Under the pieces are notes generated by a model. The model made no database searches and was not told where the DNA came from. It saw nothing but the letters and a program-made list of their open reading frames with translations. Below are positions 26,361-38,359 of a DNA stretch of 64,000 nucleotides, piece by piece; position 1 is the stretch's first letter, and every line of letters begins with the position of its first letter. The stretch is from assembly GCA_964016885.1 (NCBI GenBank), contig OZ024745.1:77376001-77440000 (forward strand), read 5' to 3'. The position numbers and the translations under genes were made by a program. The DNA comes from Eledone cirrhosa (Eukaryota).

Positions 26361-26718
26361 TTTTAATATAAGTATGAACATTTTAAAACAGGTAGTTTTG
26401 CATCATAGAACCAGGGACAGTTTCTGGCGGGTTGATAACTAAAGAGTTAAATTCATGTTTGTCAGTTAACAGAGGTGCCTGACAAACTGCTTGCATGAAG
26501 TAAAGCTTCTACTATGTTATGTGTCTCTATGCTTATTAGCAGCAAAAGTTGATAGGCCAAAATGAATTCTTCCATCCATTTGAAACTTCATTCCAATGTT
26601 GTTATGGCCTCTAAAATAAAATAATCTGTTTTCTCTTCATGCCATGATTGAATGCTAGTCTTGAATTTTGTTTGGTTTTGAAAAACGTTTTTAGTAACAT
26701 TGTGTAAATAAAAATTAT

Positions 26719-26749
<31 letters not shown>

Positions 26750-27562
26750 CAGGGTATCTCCCCCCACCCCCCCAAAAATGTAGACACAACAAAATCGTTT
26801 GTGACACAGACGAGGGCCTTTCCAAACCTTTGTTTGGCAAGATTTCTTTGGCTGGCTGCCTTTCCTATCACCAACCACTTTACAGCATATGCTGGGATAT
26901 ATATATAATCCTTTTTAAATCTTTTTTTTTCTTTTTAAAAAATTTATTTTTATTCTAACACTAACTCACACATCCCTATCCACATCTCTATCCTCACATA
27001 AACATTGAAACATAAAACGTTTACCATTTTAGCAAGTTTTAATCTCGATCATTTGTTCCAACTAATGTTTCTTAGCTCACTCATCTTACCCAACATCTAG
27101 CTTACCCCTCAGTCCACACCTAATAACATTGCTAGGGACTACACACAACTACAATGTCTACACAACCCACCATATATATATATGTAAAGTGGTTGAGTAA
27201 GCACATAACGAAAAGCACCCAGTACTCACTGTAAATGAGGTTGGCATTAGGAAGGGCATCCAGCTGTAGAAACCAAGCCAAAATTAGTTCTGTATGAGCA
27301 AGACATGATCACATGACCTGGCATTGCTCACAACAGGGCTTGCATTAACCACATTCAATGTTTGACAGATTTGGTCACCCATTATGAATATCTGTGATGA
27401 CAAATTGCCAAACTCTCAACTATATAACACAGTACACAAGTTAAATTATGAATTCAGTGTATTCTTTATATTATACCTATAATAATTGTTGTCATATGTA
27501 TGTATACAGGAAAATTCCATATCATCATTTTTGAAGTATAGTTTTCTATTTCCATATTTCAG

Positions 27563-27667
27563 GCATTATCTGAATCTGAAATCCACACCTATGCAAACAC
27601 CCTGCGTCACAACGATGATCTGGTTACTTCACTGTATGAGGTGTTAGAGCAAAGGCCAGGAGTTGAG
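27563..27667 (+). CDS. FAM126: Hyccin/FAM126, second coding exon
   Basis: tccatatttcag| acceptor; 105 nt encoding ALSESEIHTYANTLRHNDDLVTSLYEVLEQRPGVE; GAG|gtaagg donor; phase 0/0. Resembles human [28 protein letters not shown]. Confidence 0.9.
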
Positions 27668-27784
27668 GTAAGGTATTTTAATGAGTTTATCTCCAGGGTT
27701 ATTTCCCTTAAATTAACATCAGTCAACTAATTTCTGTAATTATTTAATTGTTTTATTTTTGTTATTTTACATGTATAATGATGT

Positions 27785-28590
27785 ATAATAATGAAAAATA
27801 TTGTGTACAGTACTCAGGTGCACTACAACTTATCAAAGGTACATGTATAGTACATAGAATAATGTACAAATGTCAGGAAAATGAACAGTGTACACAAAGA
27901 TACATGCATGTGTGTGTATGGAGGGAGAATATCAGGTGTAGTGTAGGCGAATTTTGGGAAGCATGGAAGTTTTGAAGGATGCAGTGTGCCGACAGCTAAC
28001 AACCGATGCTGGTAGCTTGTTCCATGCTTCAGCAACTCTAAGTGTGAAAATATGTATTCGAAAGTCATGTGCGCTATGCTGTTTTCTAACTTTGTAGGCA
28101 TGCCCGCGGGTGTGAGACACATGGAATTCAAAAAGGTGTTCAGGGTTGTTGTTGGCAAGATGGTTAATAATTTTGTGGGCGTTTATCAAGTCAGTTGCCA
28201 GATGTCAGATCTTTAATGTATCCATGCCCAGATAAACAAGGCTTTCAGTGTATGGTAGATGCCTTACGGAGGGTATTCACTTGGTTACACATCTCTGAAC
28301 AGTTTTTAGGTCAATATTCTTTGCAAGATAGGGGTTCCATACTGGTGATGCAAATTATAAGTGTGGCTGCACTATACCTATTTACAGTTTTAAATAGATA
28401 GCTGGAGAGCAGATGACAAAGGTCTTACTGAGTAATGCCAAGACATCCTTGGCCTTCTTGATAATTTTAGAGATGCTTTGTCCAATGCAAATTGCTGCTG
28501 ATAGTAATGCCTAGGTCACATTCACAAGAAGACTTCTTGGGGTTAGTGTTGTGGCTGGAGTATGTGAACGCTGGGTTTTTTCTCCATCTT
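27785..28590 (-). mobile_element. CR1/L2-group LINE 3' end. The same 3' UTR recurs at ~48415-48545(+)
   Basis: HTRGHAYKVRK...FTLRVAEAWNKLPASVVS is the typical CR1 C-terminal signature; (ATT)n tail in the second copy. Confidence 0.82.
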
Positions 28591-30255
28591 GATCTTTAAG
28601 TATTTTAAGCATCAGATTTGTGACCTATGTTTTGTCTTTTTATACTGGATTACTCCACAGAAAGTAGATCACAAAAATTGAATAAGAAATGTGCAAAAAC
28701 AGACTGGAAGGTTAGTGATTGTCCCAAATAGTGTATGTTGCTATACTGGGAGATGAAATAGAGACTCATGCTTTGAGGAGTGATTTTTGTAAGAGGGGAA
28801 ATAAGGTATGGATCTTGTGTTAGTTGTGAGAGAGTGGGTAAGGATGCAGTGTATTCAGTAGCAAAGATAGCTAGTCACTAGAATTAATATGTACAATGTT
28901 TTGTAATATAAAGAAGTGCATGTTGTGTTGTTAAAGCATATAAAAACTGGCTGTGCTTTTTGCTGATGATCAGTTTATTTACTTTCAGTTTAGAGTTCAA
29001 ATTTTGCTGAGATAAAAATTCACTTTTTATATCCTGTAATGATATAGTCGGATAGAATGCTTTATGGTGTTCATTCTGGCTCTCTGCTCTCTGAATTTAA
29101 ATTCTGCCAAAGTCAACTTTGCTTTTCATCTTTTCGAGGTTGATAAAAAAAGTACCAGTTTAGTACTGGGGTCGATTCTTCCTCTCTCTGGAAGAAGTCT
29201 GCTGTACTCAGGCCTGGAGAGGGATGGGCTTTGCCAGGCTTAAAATGCCCAAGAAACGCTGAATGTCAATACTGGCCTGTCCCTCCTCATAGCGGTACCA
29301 TCTACTGGGCCTGAAAACTATGGCTACACTGTGAGATGGGTTAGGCCCCTCTTATCAGTGCCATCCAGTACCGGGTTCCAAAACTATGGTTCCATGGTGA
29401 TATGGGTTGGGATCCAAAACTATGGTTCCACTGTGACATGGGTTTGGTACGGCCAACTGGCCTGTCCCTCCTCATAACGGAACCATCTAGTTCCACACTG
29501 TAAATGTAGTTGGTGTTAGGGCATCCAGCTGTAAAATACCCGGCCAAATTTACAGTCCTTGTCGGAGTAAGGTACGGTATGATCAACTCTGGCCAGACTT
29601 GCCTCCCAGCGTGGATGACCCATCTAACCCATGCAAGCATGGAAAAATGAACACTAAATGGTGATGACATACAGCAGATTTGCCTATATTACACATGAAA
29701 GATAGGATCAACCACAAATGATTCAAGAAATTGGTTATCAAGAACATTGTCTCATACATACAAGTGAGTTGTTTGTGCATGTATAAACATGGAGACTATA
29801 GAGATGATATAACGAGAATAAAAATAGGCTATAAATTGCTAGCGGAAAGTACATAAAATAGAGGATAGTGTGGTTTAATTGAGCCTTTTGGAGATCTAGC
29901 ATCAAAGATGAGATTATGCATGACAGCAAATTGTGCACAGATGCTGTACTGCAGATTCATTCATTGCATATGTACATGACGAAAAAGATAAACGGATTAT
30001 GATGATGATGAAATTTAGATCATGTGAAAGAAAATGCAATATGAATTGAGATGAAAAATGTTTGGCTCTCCAAAAAGTTAATAGAGATAAAGAAAGATGA
30101 TCATTATAAAATGCAGAAGGTAATGATGAAAAAATTCTCCCAAGGCAGAATTCACCAAACTTAAATGTCAAATTGTGTTGCATGTGCATATATACCATAA
30201 GGACACATTTTCTGTCTTATAGGTGGATAAACAGTATACTGTAATTTCCTCTCTT

Positions 30256-30370
<115 letters not shown>

Positions 30371-30426
30371 ATCTATTCAAAGCTGAACTTGTGGGAGTCA
30401 CTAGTCAGTGTCTCATAAATATTCAC

Positions 30427-30460
<34 letters not shown>

Positions 30461-30467
<7 letters not shown>

Positions 30468-31218
30468 GTGTATTGAGTTCAAAACTCAAGCATTCCTTTA
30501 CAATGAAAAAGCTCAAAGAAAGAAATATTTCTGAACCGTATAAAACAAGTAAATATAGATTAATATATATGATGAAACACAAATACCAACATATCTGTGT
30601 TTATATTGTAAAAGAAATTAAGTTAGCTAGAATGAAATATACTAATTATAATATTACAGTTTGCCTATCTTGATTTAAAATAATAAATCAATAAAAACAA
30701 ACAGTATTGGCAAATGGCCATGGTGTTTAGACAAATTTAAATTTCAAAATCAAACCTTTTCCGTAGATAAGTTTAAACTTTAAAATCCAAATATGTTTCG
30801 AGATGAATAAGTGTAAGGATATCTTGTCCAGCTCACATCAGTAAACACCCTGAACAAATTGATATGCTTCACTTCTAAATATTTTAAAAGACTGTTTAAC
30901 ACACATGGTTTAAGACATGGTTTTCCAGTTTCTAGCCAGCCTCATACTCGTACTGCTAGAAATAACAGCCGTATATATGGGGCTACTATCAGCTCGACGT
31001 AAGGAGCAATTATATTAAGTGTATTGAGTTCAAAACTCAAGCATTCCTTTACAATGAAAAAGCTCAAAGAAAGAAATATTTCTGAGCCGTATAAAACAAG
31101 TAAATATAAATTAATATATATGATGAAACACACACTTAATTTCTTTTACAATATAAACACAGATATGTTGGTATTTGTGTTTCATCATATATATTAATTT
31201 ATATTTACTTGTTTTATA
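30461..31218 (-). mobile_element. Penelope-like terminal structure: direct repeat, inversion and degenerate hammerhead
   Basis: 30461-30581 is repeated at 31012-31132; 31134-31218 is an inverted copy of 30539-30623; hammerhead-like motif at 30786-30845(-); (TA)n on both flanks. Confidence 0.6.
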
Positions 31219-31396
31219 TATATACTTGTTTTATATATATATATATATATACGTGTGTGTAAAATTCCAACTGCAGCTCCAAGTGGTTGGGATTTTACAT
31301 ATCTCTATACCCACTCTGCATCTCTCTGTGAATTGAGTACTCCCATGATTAGTGGTCTCCCCAGTCTCAGCGCCACATACTCTCTCTCTATATATG

Positions 31397-31428
<32 letters not shown>

Positions 31429-31792
31429 AGTGAGTATAACACATCAACTCAGAATAGTATTTAACTTAAGCCAAAATCTCTGTTGGGGGAGGAAAGTCAC
31501 TTTCACTCATATAAAGTCCCCAACTGCAGTTCCTGGAATTAAGAAACAATACTAATTATATCAATAAATTAATACAACTAATATTGGAAGAAATCTTGTC
31601 TTCAGGGGAGAATTATTTGGAAGTAGAGAAGATATTGGATAGCATACAGACCATGTTCTTATTGAAGCAGCATGGTATGTCCAACATATGTGTCATTCAA
31701 CTACTAAATGAACATATGAATAAATGAGATATCTGAGTATATTAGAAACAAATAACTTTCTGTTTTATACATATATATATCTTAAATGATGA

Positions 31793-31828
<36 letters not shown>

Positions 31829-31872
31829 AAGTTAAATAAAAGTCAAATGATTAAAATTTAGCTTCGTTTATT

Positions 31873-31927
31873 ACTGCTATATATATTTCAGTGACAGCCA
31901 TCTTTGGCTGTGACCTCTTCAGGCAGT
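31873..31927 (-). ncRNA. Minimal type I hammerhead ribozyme motif (left-arm copy)
   Basis: ACTGC-CTGAAGA-G-GTCACAGCCA aaga TGGCTGTCAC-T-GAAA-TATATA-TA-GCAGT: 5-bp stem I, stem II and palindromic stem III. Confidence 0.75.
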
Positions 31928-32160
31928 TTGAATTAGTATGGTATAGACAAGTACATATGTTGTTGAGGTGTATAATATTGTCAATACTCTGATATGCCCA
32001 GTTCCTGGTTGGGTTGTTATTTCACTGAGGAACTGGAGTCATGATATGACTCCAGTTCCTCAGTAAATTAACAACCGAACAAGGAACTGGGCATATCAGA
32101 GTATTGACAATATTATACACCTCAACAACATATGTACTTGTCTATACCATACTAATTCAA

Positions 32161-32215
32161 ACTGCCTGAAGAGGTCACAGCCAAAGATGGCTGTCACTGA
32201 AATATATATAGCAAT
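32161..32215 (+). ncRNA. Minimal type I hammerhead ribozyme motif (right-arm copy)
   Basis: Same motif as the left arm with one stem I mismatch (GCAAT). Confidence 0.72.
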
Positions 32216-32356
32216 AATAAACGAAGCTAAATTTTAATCATTTGACTTTTATTTAACTTTATTTTACACTACTCCGGAGTAACCAAACCAACCTGCGCAC
32301 TTCGTCTAGTGCTCCAGCCTGCATACTGAGGTGTTGGTATACAACCAACATAAACT

Positions 32357-32395
<39 letters not shown>

Positions 32396-32500
32396 CTCTT
32401 TAATAATATCAAATATTATTCCATTGTACTTAACAGTATTAAACACGTTTTCAAATTAACTAATTTCACACTTGTGTGAAACTTCAATCCGCTGTATGCG

Positions 32501-32535
<35 letters not shown>

Positions 32536-32658
32536 GGTGAGAGTCTATGGCGCCGTTAATTTATCGTTTTATATATATATATATATATAGTGGTAGAACA
32601 CTGGAAGGTAATATCCGTAGTGGTAGAGCACTCAGTCCATGGTACGAGTTAGGTAGAC

Positions 32659-32711
<53 letters not shown>

Positions 32712-32714
<3 letters not shown>

Positions 32715-35035
32715 CCAAGAGACAGGCAAGGAAAGAACGGGGGAAGCAGGGTACATTACATAGAAACCAAGAGGGAAGCTAGGCGACAAGTATACTTAGC
32801 TAGGAGGGAAGCAGAGGATAGAAAATTCAAGCATGTTTTGCAACATGAGGACCAGAAACAGGAGGTGTTCAAGATTGCGTGGCAGTGTGTCAGAGAGAAT
32901 TGTGATGTCATTGGAGAGAAGTGTATCCGGAATGATAAAGGTGAGCTTGCCCTCACAAGTGCTGAGAAGAAAGATGTATGGAAGAGCCATTATGATAGAT
33001 TACTAAATGAGGAGAATGCATGGGAAGAAGAGACCCTACCCCAAGTAGATCCTATAGAGGGGCCAGCAGTACAAGTCAGCAGTAGCGTAGTAAGTAAGGC
33101 AATCAAAGATATGAAGATGGGGAAGGCAACCGGTCCATCGGGTATAGCTGCCGAGATGCTGACGGCATCTGGGTCTGCAGGTCACACTATAACCACACAT
33201 ATTGTTAACCAGGTAATACTAGAAGGTGTCATACCAAAAGATTGGTGCAGTAGCATCATTGTCAACTGCTACAAAGGTAAAGGTGATGCACTAGATAGAG
33301 GAAACTATAGAGGTATAAAGCTGATGAACCAGGTCATGAAAGTAACAGAAAGAGTTATAGCACAGTTGATTAGGGACTGGGTGAAACTAGATGAGATGCA
33401 ATTTGGGTTTGTACCAGGAAGAGGCACCACTGATGCCCTCTTCCTTGTGAGGCAGTTACAGGAAAAGTACCTAGCTAAAAGGAAGCCACTCTACCTGGCA
33501 TTCGTCGATCTCGAGAAAGCCTTTGACAGAGTTCCACGTGCTATAATCGGGTGGGCTCCTAGAAAACTAGGAGTAGATGAATGGCTTGTGAAAGCTGTAC
33601 AAGCCATGTATAGGGGAGCAGTCAGCAAAGTTAGGATTAGCAATGAGTATAGCGAGGAATTTAGCATACAGGTTGGTGTCCACCAGGGCTCTGTTCTTAG
33701 CCCTCTCCTGTTCATCATAGTCCTGCAGGCAACAACAGAGGAGTTTAAGACCGGATGCCCATGGGAACTCCTGTATGCAGATGACCTCGCACTTATAGCT
33801 GAATCTATGGTAGAACTAGAGAAGAAATTCCAAACTTGCAAGCAGGGACTAGAAAGAAAGGGTCTCAAAGTCAACCTGACAAAGACTAAGGTCTTTGTAA
33901 GTAGACAAGAAAACAGAACCCAGATCCCCTCATGGAAATGGCCTTGCTCAGTAGGTAGGAACTCCATTCTCTGCCCCAAATGCAAACAATGGGTACACAA
34001 GAGATGTAGCGGGATCTCAGGAAGCTTAATTAAGAATGTAGGCTTCACATGTAGCAGCTGTGCTTGGACAGCAAGCAGCAAACGGCCACAGGAAACAAGT
34101 ACCACCAATCTCTGGGAGGGCTCTGTGGAAACAGTAGACACCTTCTGCTACCTAGGTGACCGAATTAGCAGCGGAGGTGGGAGTTCAGAAACTACAATAA
34201 CTACGGTAAGAACAGGATGGAAGAAGTTCAGGGAACTACTGCCACTGCTAGCTGCAAAAGGCTTCTCCCTCAAAATGAAAGGCAGACTGTATGATGCGTG
34301 TATCTGAACAGCAATGTTACATGGTAGTAAGACCTGGGCGCTGAAGGTGGAAGATTTACGTAGATTAGAGAGAAACGAAGCCTGCATGCTCCGATGGATA
34401 TGTAATAGTAATATACATGAACGACAAAGCATAAATGAATTGAGAGAGAGACTGAGCATAAGAGGAACCAAATGCTGTGTGCAGGAGAGGCGGTTGCGTT
34501 GGTATCGACATGTGATGTGTATGAAGGATGACAGCTGCATAAAAAGGTGCAGAGCACTAGAAGTCAATGGAAACCGCGGAGTGGGGAGACCCAAGAAGAC
34601 CTGGGATGAGGTGATAAAAGCCGACCTTACCCAATTACACCTCTCAAAGGCGATGACACACGACCGTGACCTCTGGCGTCACGCAGTAATACAGAGTACC
34701 CGACCTCCCATAGGTACAAGCTGAAGCATATAGACAATATGCCCCACACCCTCCCACTGCAAAGTGGTCGTGGAGGTGCCACGGCAAAAAAGCACCCAGC
34801 CCACACTGTAAAGTGGACGTGTAGGCGCCACGGAAAAAAAGCACCCAGCACTCACTGTAAATGAGGTTGGTGTTAGGAAGGGCATCCAGCTGTAGAAATC
34901 AAGCCAAAATCAGTTCCTGTATGAGCAAGGCATGGTCAGCCGACCAGACACTGCCCACAACAGGACAACCCGTCTAACCTATGCTAGCATGGAAGAACGG
35001 ACGTAAAACGGTGATGATGATGATGATGATGATGA
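32712..35035 (+). mobile_element. Young 5'-truncated RTE LINE: RT domain, Cys-rich insert, C-terminus and 3' UTR with (GAT)n tail
   Basis: One continuous frame with QFGFVPGRGTTDA, FVDLEKAFDRVP, GVHQGSVLSPLLF and LLYADDL; a single in-frame TGA at 34305-34307 (CGA in the 20-kb copy); ORF ends at 34724; (TA)n on both sides. Confidence 0.95.
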
Positions 35036-35040
35036 TATAT

Positions 35041-35094
<54 letters not shown>

Positions 35095-35232
35095 ATACTT
35101 TGGGAGGGTCATGTTGCCAATAAGAAACACACGCACCAGTTGCTTTCACTTCAATTTATTATAATAAATTTATAAATTTATAAATTTCTGGTTGGTTGGT
35201 TGGTTCCACAACCAGATAGTTGTTTATATATT

Positions 35233-35275
35233 GTCATAGTTCTTTCGTCACACACTCTGTGACCTCTTCAGTGAC
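35233..35275 (-). ncRNA. Minimal hammerhead ribozyme motif (left arm)
   Basis: Exact reverse complement of 36140-36182. Confidence 0.68.
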
Positions 35276-35683
35276 TGGGGATTCTTTTCTTTGTTTTTGT
35301 GCCTCTCCTTTGTTCTGTCCTACGCCATTTTGTTTCTGTGTGTGTGTTGTGTGCTCAGTCTGCGCATGCGCCACATCCGGGTGTCTGTGTGTGTTTAGGT
35401 TCATTTATTTATTTGTTTATTTACATGTTACTGGTTGGTTGTTTGTTCTATGTGTGTGTGTGTTTTCATTTTGTCCTTAATTGTAAGTTGTGATGTTGCT
35501 GTTCCACTCATATTTTCTATTTAATTTTGGTTGTAATTCTTTTATGTTTATTGCCTCTGTGATTTGTCTAAACATTGCGTCTTTTCTCTGTGTAGATTCT
35601 ATTTTTATTTCTATGTTCTCTAATTTACCCTTGTGTTCTATTTTAGCAGTGTTCATTTATCCGTTCCCCTACACTACGAGCTG

Positions 35684-35938
35684 ACAGCTCGTAGTGTAGG
35701 GGAACGGATAAATGAACACTGGCGAGACCTTCAAGATAGTAAAGAATCATCTGTACTCTACCAACATGCTAAAATAGAACACAAGGGTAAATTAGAGAAC
35801 ATAGAAATAAAAATAGAATCTACACACAGAAAAGACGCAATGTTTAGACAAATCACAGAGGCAATAAACATAAATGAATTACAACCAAAATTAAATAGAA
35901 AACATCAGTGGAACAGCAACATCACAACTTACAATTAA
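35684..35938 (+). pseudogene. GIY-YIG endonuclease C-terminal remnant of a Penelope-like element
   Basis: TARSVGERINEH...SVLYQHAKIEH...FRQITEAININELQPKLNRK contains the conserved R..EH, H, E and LN residues that follow YIGET in Penelope-type endonucleases. Confidence 0.85.
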
Positions 35939-36139
35939 GGACAAGATGAAAACACACACGCACATAGAACAAACAACCAACCAGTAACATGTAAATAAAC
36001 AAATAAATAAATGAACATAAACACACACAGACACCCGGATGTGGCGCATGCGCAGACTGAGCACACAACACACACACAGAAACAAAATGGCGTAGGACAG
36101 AACAAAGGAGAGGCACAAAAACAAAGAAAAGAATCCCCA

Positions 36140-36182
36140 GTCACTGAAGAGGTCACAGAGTGTGTGACGAAAGAACTATGAC
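36140..36182 (+). ncRNA. Minimal hammerhead ribozyme motif in the Penelope 3' region
   Basis: GTCA-CTGAAGA-G-GTCAC agagtgt GTGAC-GAAA-G aa C-TA-TGAC. Confidence 0.68.
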
Positions 36183-37228
36183 AATATATAAACAACTATC
36201 TGGTTGTGGAACCAACCAACCAACCAGAAATTTATAAATTTATAAATTTATTATAATAAATTGAAGTGAAAGCAACTGGTGTGTGTGTTTCTTATTGGCA
36301 ACATGACCCTCCCAAAGTATAACAATATCGGTTTCAACACACGATTTCAGATAAAGAATCTTGCTAAACAAATTCAGAAACGAAATATATATATATAAAT
36401 AAATTTATCAAACCAGACAAATTCAATTTGTCTAAGCTCACAAAATTTCTGCTTGCTTGCTCCATGATATTACAAAACTTGTATTTAGTAAATACATGTC
36501 TGTATATTAGGGCGCACACTATGAGTTGGTTAGTGCTAAAAACGGTGTTGTGTGGGAACTCAATAATATTTGGCCCCACACCATGTGGTTTCATTACTGC
36601 ACTCCAAGTGGAGATAGCCATTTAAGATATAGTAAAGCTCAATACATTAAAAAGTTAACATTTGTAATAATTGCATTGTCAATATGATAATATATGATAA
36701 TATATCATATTATCTATAAAATCTGTTCAGGAACAATAATCAGTTGTTAAACATTTTTTGCTGAATTATACTGATAATAAGTATCAAAGATAGTCCACAG
36801 AAAAAGCATTAAAAACACATTTAATGAAAAGGCAAAACAAATCCCTCATAGTGGAGTAAGTTACATAAATAATTTACAAGATATAAATTATAAAATATAA
36901 GTTTACCAATTCAGTGTTACCAAAAATAAAAGAAAGAAAAAAATGTAATTACCAATTTACTGTTAAACGGTTGGGAAACAAACACCAGTGGATGGTGAAG
37001 ATTATCCATTTGAGTGTAAAATCACGAAATATTAATATCTAGAACAATGATTCAAGACAAACACAAAAGCATATAAATGTCTAAATAACATACCAAGTGC
37101 AGGAAATTAAAATACAGACAACAATAATGTAGACAAGGTATTCAATACACACATACAAGAAGTAATTTTTATGAATTATATCCATATTTATACACTGTTT
37201 ATAAAAATGCAATTACCCTTACATTGCT

Positions 37229-37580
37229 TTAACCTCTTCAGAGCTGTAGACAAGATAACTCATCCCAACATGTATGAATTCCAGTGCCACAGACGAGATA
37301 ACTCGTTCTAACATGTTTGAACTGATTTCCAACAGTTCATAACTTCGAAGTTATAAACTTGTTTCCAACAGTTCATAACTTCAAAGTTATGAACTCGTTT
37401 CCAACAGTTCATAACTTCAAAGCTAGATGGGGTTACTAGTTTATTGATGTGACATTTGTCAATCATTCAGATATGTGTTGTTAATAAATGTTTGTTTAAA
37501 AAAATAGTCATTTTACTGAAAAAAAAAACCGACACAACAACTGTATCTGTGTCAAATATACGTGGCAGTCAACAGGTTAA
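37229..37580. mobile_element. TTAA-bounded piggyBac-like MITE with internal 36-bp tandem repeats
   Basis: TTAACCTCTT...AACAGGTTAA ends; GACGAGATAACTCGT subterminal palindromes; 36-bp unit at 37326, 37362 and 37398. Confidence 0.55.
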
Positions 37581-38359
37581 AAAAATGTATGGTATGTAAT
37601 ATAATTATTCACAAGTGATATGACTGAGCAAACTATTAGGTATATAGTTACTCTCAACTAAAGAAAGAATAATATGATTGAAAAATATACTAGAATAAGT
37701 AAATGTATAACAACATGGGAAGAATTTTCCATTGCACTGCTAAAATAGTAGAATATGCTGCAGCTAGTCATAGAGATTGGTTTGATGAAAATGATGCCAA
37801 TGTTCAGAGATGAAAAGTTCCTGTCTGAAAAGTACAATACTCAAAGGACTATCAGTTGAGCAGCAGAATCTAACACTCATCATAGGAATTAAAAATCTCA
37901 ATTGTAGTGTTAAGTCAAACAGGTGTTGAATATCTTGTAGGCCCTGTTTATGACATTCATGCTGATTAATGACTAATGGTTATTGACTAATGACTAATTT
38001 ACATTTTTAAAGTATCAATTAGAATAATTTTCTTCCATATTTTCTTCAATCATTGTCAAACATATATCAAACGCCGAGGTTAACTTTGCCTTTCATCCTT
38101 ACGGGGTCGATAAAATAAAGTACCAGTAATGCACTGGGTAATTGCTGGCCTTGTGCCAATAGTAGAAACAATTATCAAACATATATGCACTAAATTACGA
38201 GGACTTTCTATTATCTATCTATCCCACCGTCCACCCATCACTGCTATTGGGATTTGTGGTTTGTTGTTGTTATTGTTGTTCTTGTCCAAAAATAAATACA
38301 TCTGTCAGTCAGATAGAGCAGTGGGTATGCAGGTAGGTTGATAGATATACAATTATATA

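Larger units (their letters stand above)
31825..32360. mobile_element. Fold-back element (218-bp arms, 3-nt loop) with ~95-bp tail, embedded in (TA)n
   Basis: 31825-32042 is the reverse complement of 32046-32263 with a few mismatches; each arm carries a hammerhead motif. Confidence 0.85.
35087..36390 (+). mobile_element. 5'-truncated Penelope-like retroelement with inverted duplicate (1.24-kb palindrome) and short tail
   Basis: 35087-35683 mirrors 35685-36328 (left arm lacks 47 bp); GIY-YIG C-terminal half and hammerhead motifs present; (TA)n flanks. Confidence 0.88.

Noticed and set aside
32547-32711. N-terminus of the 586-aa ORF
   Set aside because: Read-through of (TA)n microsatellite (YIYI). 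RTE homology starts near 32712, so this is not an intact gene.
35220-36195. Mirror-image Cys/Val-rich ORFs on both strands
   Set aside because: Antisense translations of the palindrome arms, not genes.
35087-36328. Palindromes as pure sequencing or amplification chimeras
   Set aside because: The arms differ by substitutions and a 47-bp deletion, and the layout recurs at several loci with TE hallmarks; read-level confirmation is still advisable.
37326-37421. 36-bp palindromic repeats resembling CRISPR direct repeats
   Set aside because: Head-to-tail with no spacers; inside a TTAA-bounded element.
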